In this document: in pieces, positions 1-8,467 of the stretch
How the letters are laid out: each line of letters opens with the position of its first letter
Position numbering within the stretch: position 1 is the stretch's first letter
NCBI GenBank assembly: GCA_905236205.1
Contig: CAJOPF010000121.1
Coordinates: 1-48,753, forward strand
Source of the DNA: Candidatus Gastranaerophilales bacterium
Lineage (GTDB): Bacteria > Cyanobacteriota > Vampirovibrionia > Gastranaerophilales > Gastranaerophilaceae
Length of the DNA: 48,753 nt
Direction of reading: 5' to 3'
The notes under the pieces: generated by a model
Databases searched by the model: none
Told to the model about the DNA's origin: nothing
The model's input: only the letters and a program-made list of their open reading frames with translations
Position numbers and translations under genes: made by a program

Positions 1-67
1 CTCTTCCGGATAAGTCTTCCTTTTGTGTTTCTATTCTACTATAAAAGATTTTTTATTGCAAGATTTT

Positions 68-463
68 TTATTTATTTTTTAGTGCCGCTTTTAATCTTAC
101 CATTGCTCTTGTTAAGGCCGCTTCTGCACGTTTAGCATCTATTGACGCATTTAAGTCTGCAAGACGAGCTTCAGCTCTTGCCTTTGCTTCCTTTGCTCTT
201 GCAACGTCAATATCTCCGTAGTATTCGCCTGCATCTGTTAATATTATGGCGTTTTCATCTTTAAATTGTAAAAGACCACCCATTGTTGTGAAAACTTTTG
301 TTTCTCCGTTTTGTACAACTCTGGTTACTCCAATATCCAATGCAGACATAATAGGTTCGTGACCTTTCAATATACCAAATTCGCCAGCTATGCCTTTTGA
401 ATATATTTCGTTTACGTCTTCATCAAATATTATATTTTCATGTGTAATTATTTTTAGATGCAT
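68..463 (-). CDS. atpC: F1 ATP synthase subunit epsilon
   Basis: 131-aa ORF 13 nt downstream of atpD on the same strand. N-terminal beta-sandwich-like sequence (GEFGILKGHEPIM) and an Ala/Arg/Glu-rich C-terminal helical region are typical of epsilon. AGGA lies upstream of the ATG at 463. Confidence 0.9.
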   Translation of the reverse strand: MHLKIITHENIIFDEDVNEIYSKGIAGEFGILKGHEPIMSALDIGVTRVVQNGETKVFTTMGGLLQFKDENAIILTDAGEYYGDIDVARAKEAKARAEARLADLNASIDAKRAEAALTRAMVRLKAALKNK

Positions 464-476
464 AAGTATCCTTTAA

Positions 477-1892
<1,416 letters not shown>

Positions 1893-2003
1893 TCATCTGA
1901 TTATGTTCATGATACAACAAAGGTAAAATTTTTTCAAATTATTATTAAATGTTTCAAAAATATTTGAAATATTTTTTTGTTTATTGTAGGATATTAAAAA
2001 GTT

Positions 2004-2882
2004 TTGAAAGTAGTCGAAAGTATGATATATCCTTTGCTTACAAATGAATTAACCTCAAAGGACAAATTGCTTAAGCCTGACTTAAGCCAAAAAAGCGGGC
2101 GTGAGCTTCTTGCGTTTTATTTGCAAGCAAAATTAAAACAATTGATTGCATTTGACAAAAAATACGAAAAACCTATGATTGTCGAAGTACGTCATGATTT
2201 TATATCAAACTTTTCAAAGCGCTTGATCAATAACCCTGACAAGCGCCTTTTAATAGGTATAACAGGTGCTTCTGCGTCAGGAAAATCTACTATTTGTGAA
2301 CAAATTAAAAGAATTACACAATGTTTGGATTTGCCTGTTTCTATTTTGAGTACGGACAATTATTTTAAAGATATATCTTCTTTAATTTTAAAATACGGAT
2401 CTTTTGATAAACTGCGCGATAGCGGTTATGATATTGATTCTCCAAACGGTTTTCAACTTGATGTTTTGTATGATGATTTGGAAAATTTATCTTTAGGTAA
2501 CGACATAAAATCTCCTAAATATTTGCCAAACGGCACAGGGGTGTCCGTTCCGAAAGCCATTCCCGTAAAAGCCGAAAAAATTACAATTATTGAAGGTACG
2601 GCGACTCTGTTTGAGGGTATAAAAGATATTTTTGATATTAAAATATATATTGAGGCTTCTGATGAAATCAGAAAAACACGTTTTATGCAAAGGGCTTCGT
2701 CAGAAAGAAATCAGGACCATGAAAATGCATTAAAACATTGGGAATATTTGATTGAAGCCGGTCAAAAATACATTTTACCGACAAGAAAAGAAGCTGATTT
2801 TGTTATAAATGGTGATGCGGATTTGGATTATCTCTCACAAATTATTGAATATTTGCATTACATTACAAATGCGTTTGAATAA
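2004..2882 (+). CDS. Uridine kinase/phosphoribulokinase-family P-loop kinase
   Basis: P-loop GITGASASGKST followed by LSTDNYF, as in Udk/PRK-family kinases, after an N-terminal extension of about 85 aa. The track start is TTG at 2004. ATG at 2022 (MIYPLL) is an equally plausible start, and no clear SD supports either. Confidence 0.55.
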   Translation: MKVVESMIYPLLTNELTSKDKLLKPDLSQKSGRELLAFYLQAKLKQLIAFDKKYEKPMIVEVRHDFISNFSKRLINNPDKRLLIGITGASASGKSTICEQIKRITQCLDLPVSILSTDNYFKDISSLILKYGSFDKLRDSGYDIDSPNGFQLDVLYDDLENLSLGNDIKSPKYLPNGTGVSVPKAIPVKAEKITIIEGTATLFEGIKDIFDIKIYIEASDEIRKTRFMQRASSERNQDHENALKHWEYLIEAGQKYILPTRKEADFVINGDADLDYLSQIIEYLHYITNAFE

Positions 2883-2983
2883 TTTTTCTTTATATAAATT
2901 TAATATGGATTAAGTTTATATAAAATTTTTAGATCTTGAGAAATATTTGAATTAAAATATTCCCAAAAGGAAGGGGGATTATT

Positions 2984-3964
2984 ATGAAAATTGGTATTCT
3001 TGGTTATGGTAATTTAGGCAGAGGAGTTGAAGCCGCTGTAAGACAAAATGCGGATGTTGAACTTGCTGTTATTTTTACAAGAAGAAATCCGGAGGATTTG
3101 AATGTTTTAACAGAAAATGTTCCTGTTGTGAACGTTTCAGAAATTGAACAATGGAAGGACAAAATTGATGTTTTAATTTTATGCGGCGGCAGTGCAACAG
3201 ATTTGCCGGTTCAAACTCCTAAGTATGCACAAATGTTTAATGTTATAGATAGTTTTGATACTCATGCGAAAATACCTGAACATTTTGAACATGTTGATAA
3301 ATCAGCAAAAGACAGCGGTCATGTTGCGATAATTTCGGTAGGTTGGGATCCGGGTTTATTTTCATTGAACAGAATGTATGCAAATGCAATTTTACCTGAC
3401 GGCAAAGATTATACTTTCTGGGGCAGAGGAGTTAGTCAGGGACATTCTGATGCTATAAGAAGAATAGAAGGCGTTAAAGATGCAAGACAGTATACTGTTC
3501 CTGTTGAAAAAGCTTTAAATGCCGTAAGAAATGGTGAAACTCCTGATTTATCGGTTAGAGAAAAACATACAAGAGAATGTTATGTTGTTATAGAAGGCGG
3601 TGCTGATGCTAAGCGTATTGAACATGAAATTGTTACAATGCCAAATTATTTCGACCAATATGACACAACAGTTCATTTTATATCACAGGAAGAACTTGAT
3701 AAAAATCATAAAGGTATTCCTCATGGCGGATTTGTTATCAGAAACGGAAAAACAGGGTTAAATAAAGAAAAAAATCATACTATTGAATTTAGTTTAAAAT
3801 TAGATTCTAATCCTGAATTTACATCAAGTGTATTGATTGCTTTTGCAAGAGCTGCTTATAAATTAAATAAAGAAGGTCAATCGGGCTGTAAAACAATTTT
3901 TGATATCGCTCCTGCATATTTAAGTTCTAAGACACCAGAAGAACTTAGAAAAACAATGCTGTAA
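2984..3964 (+). CDS. ddh: meso-diaminopimelate D-dehydrogenase
   Basis: 326 aa. N-terminal Rossmann motif MKIGILGYGNLGRG, then GWDPGLFSLNRM and WGRGVSQGHSDAIRRIEGV, which match the Ddh family as I recall it. Strong SD (GGAAGGGGGA) is present. Confidence 0.85.
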   Translation: MKIGILGYGNLGRGVEAAVRQNADVELAVIFTRRNPEDLNVLTENVPVVNVSEIEQWKDKIDVLILCGGSATDLPVQTPKYAQMFNVIDSFDTHAKIPEHFEHVDKSAKDSGHVAIISVGWDPGLFSLNRMYANAILPDGKDYTFWGRGVSQGHSDAIRRIEGVKDARQYTVPVEKALNAVRNGETPDLSVREKHTRECYVVIEGGADAKRIEHEIVTMPNYFDQYDTTVHFISQEELDKNHKGIPHGGFVIRNGKTGLNKEKNHTIEFSLKLDSNPEFTSSVLIAFARAAYKLNKEGQSGCKTIFDIAPAYLSSKTPEELRKTML

Positions 3965-3971
3965 GGATAAG

Positions 3972-4619
3972 ATGAAAACAAAATTATTAAAAAACGACAA
4001 CGAAGATTTAATTTTGTTTTTAAGCGGTTGGGGATGTGATGAACATTCTTACAAAGACATGAAATCATCAAGAGATGTATTGATTTGTTGGGATTATACA
4101 TCTCTTGATTTTAGTTTTGATTTTTCTCCGTATAAAAAAGTTTATTTAATCGCTTATTCTGCAGGCGTTTTTGTTGCGGGTTTAGTAAAGGATTTGCTGC
4201 CAAGATTTGAATATAAGCTTGCAATAAATGGTAATCCTCATATTTTTGATGAAAAATTCGGAATTGCAAAAGATAAAGCAGATGTTTTCAGAAGTTTAAA
4301 TTTAGATAACTATATTGACTTTAGGTTAAATTATCTTGTCAGAAATATGGAAGAATTAAAATATTTTAATTCTCATCAGCCGTATCGCACTTTTGAAAGC
4401 TGCTTTGAGGAGTTAGATAAATTGGAAGAATATTCAAAATCGGAATACCAAATTATTGATTATGATAAGGCTATTATATCTTCTGAGGATAAAATTTTTA
4501 ATATTGATTCTCAAAAAGAATATTATAAGGATAAATATAAAATTTTAAATAATTCAGCTCATGATGTTTTTTATATATTTAGAAGTTTTGATGATATTCT
4601 AAACTTTGCAGAATTGTAA
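3972..4619 (+). CDS. bioG: DUF452/BioG-like pimeloyl-ACP methyl ester esterase
   Basis: 215 aa. The layout matches BioG as I remember it: LILFLSGWG, VLICWDY..LDFSFDFS, nucleophile elbow LIAYSAGVF, AINGN, FGI, SSEDKIF. AAGGA SD lies 7 nt after the ddh stop. Confidence 0.65.
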   Translation: MKTKLLKNDNEDLILFLSGWGCDEHSYKDMKSSRDVLICWDYTSLDFSFDFSPYKKVYLIAYSAGVFVAGLVKDLLPRFEYKLAINGNPHIFDEKFGIAKDKADVFRSLNLDNYIDFRLNYLVRNMEELKYFNSHQPYRTFESCFEELDKLEEYSKSEYQIIDYDKAIISSEDKIFNIDSQKEYYKDKYKILNNSAHDVFYIFRSFDDILNFAEL

Positions 4620-4700
4620 ATTTTTTTTCACGTAATAGCAAAAAATACGCTTTAATATACTTATATATAGTGCGTGTAGTATTATAGGAAAGGTTTAAAT

Positions 4701-4952
4701 ATGATATTAAAAGGTGTATCAGGTCTTGCTTCAAGTATTGTTTCACAACAAAAGAAAGAGGTTCCGATTTATTGTAAGAGTGAAATACCTCAAAAAGATG
4801 ATACTCTTGACAAATTTATAAAACAAAAATCTGATGAAGCAAGAGAAGTTCCGCCAAAAGAAAGAACTTTCGGTAATTGGGCTGCGATAGCAACAGATTT
4901 TGTAAAAAATACAATGTTTAATCCTGTTATTATGACTAAAACTCAATTATAA
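4701..4952 (+). CDS. Hypothetical small protein (83 aa)
   Basis: ORF with a GGAAAGG SD, followed about 35 nt later by a strong hairpin terminator. No recognisable motif. Confidence 0.45.
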   Translation: MILKGVSGLASSIVSQQKKEVPIYCKSEIPQKDDTLDKFIKQKSDEAREVPPKERTFGNWAAIATDFVKNTMFNPVIMTKTQL

Positions 4953-4984
4953 AGATGTTTATAATTGTTCTTTGTTAAATATGT

Positions 4985-5017
4985 AAAAAATAACCGCACT
5001 AAGCGGTTATTTTTTTT
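4985..5017. terminator. Bidirectional rho-independent terminator
   Basis: Perfect 8-bp stem ATAACCGC (4990-4997) / GCGGTTAT (5003-5010) with a 5-nt loop. It is flanked by an A6 run upstream and a T7 run downstream and sits between convergent ORFs 4701-4952 (+) and 5028-5459 (-). Confidence 0.7.
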
Positions 5018-5027
5018 AACTTATCAA

Positions 5028-5459
5028 TTAAACACCAATTATAAATGTATTCGTTGGTGTATTACTATCTGAAGATTTGTTTGCCGAGTATGCAGTTAAG
5101 GCTTTTGAAAGTTGAATTGTTTCTTGTACATCGAAGTAGCCTTCCATTCCGACACTTTGATAATCTGTTCGTTTTAAAGTATTACCTGATGTTTGGTCTT
5201 GGATTTTTTTTAAATACTGAGAAATATTATTTGTATAATCTCTCAATACATCATTTATTGAACGTTCTTCGTTTTCATCTTCGTCGGAGTCATTTGTAAA
5301 AATTTTTTCAATTATTTCGTCAGTTGCAACTTTATCTCCGGGGTGCTTTTTTATATAAGAGTCAACAACTGTTGAAACTAATTTCGCAGTAGAACCTGCA
5401 GTATACAACCTTGTTACCGCATCATTAAAATAAAAATTGTTGCTCATTGACGATACCAT
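5028..5459 (-). CDS. Hypothetical protein (143 aa) with an acidic central stretch
   Basis: The ORF ends about 10 nt before the shared terminator hairpin. There is no clear SD at either candidate ATG and no recognisable domain. It contains the acidic run DSDEDENEE. Confidence 0.45.
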   Translation of the reverse strand: MVSSMSNNFYFNDAVTRLYTAGSTAKLVSTVVDSYIKKHPGDKVATDEIIEKIFTNDSDEDENEERSINDVLRDYTNNISQYLKKIQDQTSGNTLKRTDYQSVGMEGYFDVQETIQLSKALTAYSANKSSDSNTPTNTFIIGV

Positions 5460-5565
5460 ATATTTATTATTACATATTGAGTATCGTTTGTAAACCCTAA
5501 TATAGTTAACTTTACCTATTGTTAAGTCTTTAAGTTCATTTTATATTTGTGAAAAAGGAGTTATT

Positions 5566-5868
5566 ATGATTAAACAATTAGATAATGAAAATTTTGTAAA
5601 AGAAACTAAAGACGGTTTAAAGTTAATTGAATTTTTTGCTGACTGGTGTGGTTTTTGTACGCGTCAGGAACCAATTTTGCAAGAATTAGATAAAGTTTGG
5701 ATTGGACGTGTTAATACGGATGAAAATAGAGAAATTGCAAAAAAATACAAAATAAATTCTTTGCCTTCTTTTGTATTGCTAAAAGATGGTCAAGAAATCG
5801 ACAGATTTACGGGACTCCATTCAAAATTTGATATTATGAATATTATAATGAAACACATAAAACCATAA
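5566..5868 (+). CDS. Thioredoxin-family protein (CGFC active site)
   Basis: 100 aa with FFADWCGFCTRQEP, a WCGxC redox motif that varies from the canonical WCGPC, plus the thioredoxin-fold cis-Pro context (INSLPSFVLL). Strong SD (AAGGAG). Confidence 0.7.
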   Translation: MIKQLDNENFVKETKDGLKLIEFFADWCGFCTRQEPILQELDKVWIGRVNTDENREIAKKYKINSLPSFVLLKDGQEIDRFTGLHSKFDIMNIIMKHIKP

Positions 5869-7650
5869 CTATACTGTTATGCCTTGTTTATATATGTATT
5901 TATCTTTGTAAAACTCGAAATTTTCTTTAAATTCTTCTTCGCCTGAATTTTTTAAAGTATTCAAATATTTGTGTTTATCAAAAGCGGATTGTTCAATTTG
6001 AATCATACAAACCGCAACATTTGAACAGTGGTCGGATACACGTTCAATGCTATTTAAAACTTCGTTTAACATAAATCCAAGTTCTATTGTACAATCACCT
6101 TTTCGCAATCTTTCAACATGGTTATTTTTTGCAGTTGCAATTAAAATATCAATAACCTGTTCTAAAGGTTCAACTTTTTTAGCTTTTTCAATATTATTTT
6201 CACAAAAAGCTTCCATAGTGATATCCATAATTTCTGACAGAGCGTTCACAACTGAATTTAATTCAAATTTTGCTTCATCAGAGAACGTCAATTGTTTTTC
6301 ATTCATTTCTTTTGCAACTTTAAGAATACTTACCGCATGGTCGCCAATTCTTTCAAAATCACTTATTGAATGTAATAATTTAGAAATTTCGTGACTATCT
6401 TTTTCAGTTAAGTCTTTGTTGGAAAGTTTAACTAAAAATGTCCCTAATTTATCTTCATAAAGGTCTATACGTGGTTCTTTGCGAAGTATTTTTCCCATAC
6501 GAATTTCACTGAATTTGTTAATCATTTTTATAGAACGGAAAAAGTTTTTCTTCGCCATAATTCCCATTCTGTCCGCTATTGTTTTACATTCGCCAATAGC
6601 AAAGGATGGTGTATTTAACAATAAATCATCAAGAAATACGGTTTCTTCGTCTTTTTCTGTTTTTGATTTAACAGCCCATACTGCAATTTTTTCTATCTGT
6701 TTAATGAACGGGAATAAGAAAATTGTTGTCATAACATTAAATGCCGTATGAGCCAATGCAATACCAACAGGATTTATGGTATTTGTTATAATTTGCGAAT
6801 GGAAAATATAATGCTCCGCAATATAGTCTAATATGAAGAACAGCGGTAAGCAGATTAGAACCCCGAAAATATTACAGGTTATGTGTGCAACGGCAACACG
6901 TTTTGCATTAGTGTTAACGCCTATACTTGATATCAATGCCGTAACACAGGTTCCTACGTTCATACCCATGACGATAGGTATTGCCATTCCGCAAGTTATG
7001 CCGCCAGTCATTGATAAAGCTTGCAAAACACCGATAGATGCCGCAGAACTTTGAATTACACCTGTGAAGATTATACCTATTATCAAGCCAAGCAGCGGAT
7101 TTGTAAATGCGGTTAACAAGTGTGTAAATTCAGGCATGTTTGCTAACGGTTTCATTGCTCCTGACATTATCTGCATACCGTACATCAATACAGCAAAGCC
7201 TATCAGAATAGAACCTACGCTTTTTGTCTTGTCTCGTTTTGCGCTCATCATCATAATAATACCGATTAGAGCAACAATTGGTGAAAAAGACTCCGGTTTT
7301 AGCAGTCTTAAGATGAAATTTGTACTTTCAATGCCTGATAAAGACAAAATCCATGCCGTAAGGGTTGTACCAACGTGAGCACCCATAATTACACCGATAG
7401 TTTGTCCCAGTTCCATAATCCCTGAGTTAACTAAACCTACAAGCATTACGGTTAATGCGGAAGAAGATTGGATTGCAATTGTTATACCTGCACCAAGCGC
7501 CAAGGATTTGAGCGGATTTGAAGTCATCATTTTTAACATTTTTTCAAGTCTTCCGCCTGCAACTTTTTCCAAGCCTGATGACATAACATTCATTCCGTAT
7601 AAAAAGAACGCTAAGCCTCCGCATAGTGTAAATATCGAAAATATATCCAT
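5869..7650 (-). CDS. Na+/phosphate cotransporter family protein with C-terminal PhoU-like domain
   Basis: 593 aa, polytopic, with the duplicated QSSSA-type motifs of NptA/Na_Pi_cotrans proteins (AIQSSSALTVM, VIQSSAASIGV). The C-terminal helical region of about 230 aa carries PhoU-like repeats (ERIGDHAVSI, ERVSDHCSNV). Confidence 0.85.
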   Translation of the reverse strand: MDIFSIFTLCGGLAFFLYGMNVMSSGLEKVAGGRLEKMLKMMTSNPLKSLALGAGITIAIQSSSALTVMLVGLVNSGIMELGQTIGVIMGAHVGTTLTAWILSLSGIESTNFILRLLKPESFSPIVALIGIIMMMSAKRDKTKSVGSILIGFAVLMYGMQIMSGAMKPLANMPEFTHLLTAFTNPLLGLIIGIIFTGVIQSSAASIGVLQALSMTGGITCGMAIPIVMGMNVGTCVTALISSIGVNTNAKRVAVAHITCNIFGVLICLPLFFILDYIAEHYIFHSQIITNTINPVGIALAHTAFNVMTTIFLFPFIKQIEKIAVWAVKSKTEKDEETVFLDDLLLNTPSFAIGECKTIADRMGIMAKKNFFRSIKMINKFSEIRMGKILRKEPRIDLYEDKLGTFLVKLSNKDLTEKDSHEISKLLHSISDFERIGDHAVSILKVAKEMNEKQLTFSDEAKFELNSVVNALSEIMDITMEAFCENNIEKAKKVEPLEQVIDILIATAKNNHVERLRKGDCTIELGFMLNEVLNSIERVSDHCSNVAVCMIQIEQSAFDKHKYLNTLKNSGEEEFKENFEFYKDKYIYKQGITV

Positions 7651-7737
7651 AAATCATCCCTTCCAAGTCTACAATAATATTTTAGATGAGAAATATTTTA
7701 TTATCAATAAAATGTTGCTGATTTGTAAAAGAGATTT

Positions 7738-7811
7738 CGTGAGTCGTGAGTAGTGAGTCGTGAATTGATAATTTCTATTCACCATTCACCACTCACTATT
7801 CACTATTCACT
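7738..7811. repeat. Inverted array of nine NGTGA(A/G)T heptads (4 forward, 5 inverted)
   Basis: Forward units: CGTGAGT CGTGAGT AGTGAGT CGTGAAT (7738-7765). After an 11-nt spacer come the inverted units ATTCACC ATTCACC ACTCACT ATTCACT ATTCACT (7777-7811). The arms can pair as four 6-bp blocks separated by single mismatches. The last unit overlaps the stop codon of ORF 7810-8409. Confidence 0.85.
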
Positions 7812-8409
7812 ATTTAACTTTTTTAAAAAATTCGTCTGTAATTAGTTGTGAATATTTCTTATTTTCGTTAAGTGATATAAGCATTTTTGTTTCATGACTG
7901 TCTGTATCTACGGCAGATATAATTCCTCCGACCTGTCCGATAGGCAGTTTGTTTATTTTTGCGGTAAATCTTACGTAAGGCACTTCTTTGTTAAAAGCGT
8001 TCATTTTTCCTTGTTTAATTACTTTAAAATCATCTACTTGCAGTGCTTTATACTTAAATTTGCCGAAAAAATCCTGCATTTTTGTCTCAACCGTACCGTT
8101 TTTAAAGTCATTTTGTGTAAGTATCGGTTTTTTGCCTGTTTCGACAATTATCATTTTTTGTCCCGTTGCATCGTGTTCTGCGAGAACTCCTTGATATCCA
8201 AATGCACTTGCTGTTTTATCAATAGTGTATTCTTCCGATAATTGGGAAAAATCCCCGATTTTCTTTGCTTTTTCCAGTGCAGCTTCTTTTGAAGAACTTA
8301 TGTACTGATTATATAAATTTATGACTAAATCTTTTCCGCCAATAGATATAAAGCCTATTAAAGCCAATGCTAATATGATTATTTGTAAAATTTTTTTAAA
8401 ACAACCCAT
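7810..8409 (-). CDS. Hypothetical N-terminally membrane-anchored protein (199 aa)
   Basis: A hydrophobic segment (ILQIIILALALIGFISIGG) follows a short basic N-terminus, and an AGGA-type SD is present. No recognised domain. Confidence 0.55.
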   Translation of the reverse strand: MGCFKKILQIIILALALIGFISIGGKDLVINLYNQYISSSKEAALEKAKKIGDFSQLSEEYTIDKTASAFGYQGVLAEHDATGQKMIIVETGKKPILTQNDFKNGTVETKMQDFFGKFKYKALQVDDFKVIKQGKMNAFNKEVPYVRFTAKINKLPIGQVGGIISAVDTDSHETKMLISLNENKKYSQLITDEFFKKVK

Positions 8410-8467
8410 AATTAACTCGTCCTACATTTTGTATTACATGATATTATTTTATTAGGAATAAATTTTT

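Noticed and set aside
1952-1969. TTTCAAA-N4-TTTGAAA palindrome in the atpD/kinase divergent promoter region. A related TTTTTCAAAAAA / TTTTTTGAAAAA inverted repeat lies at 48561-48592, with a further direct TTTCAAAAAA copy at 48531-48540.
   Set aside because: These are pure A/T low-complexity sequences in AT-rich intergenic DNA. Their recurrence at two divergent promoters is suggestive, but I cannot distinguish it from compositional chance without genome-wide motif statistics.
4701-5459. Reading the two small unknown ORFs as a toxin-antitoxin pair.
   Set aside because: They are convergent with a terminator between them rather than co-transcribed, and neither shows a toxin, antitoxin or DNA-binding motif.
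6047-7378. Several 70-115-aa ORFs in the track antisense to the Na/Pi transporter gene (6047-6394, 6479-6751, 6833-7054, 7064-7378). Similar shadow ORFs lie opposite mutS, malQ, murC, secD/secF and gcvPB.
   Set aside because: They lie entirely within strongly supported genes on the opposite strand. Their composition is odd and low complexity (Phe/Ile/Ser/Leu-rich), they lack SD sequences, and they match no family. They are typical shadow ORFs of AT-rich coding DNA.
7738-7811. Whether the heptad array could be a CRISPR or mini-CRISPR array.
   Set aside because: The units are 7 nt and directly abutting with no spacers, they are arranged as an inverted repeat, and there are no cas genes in the window.
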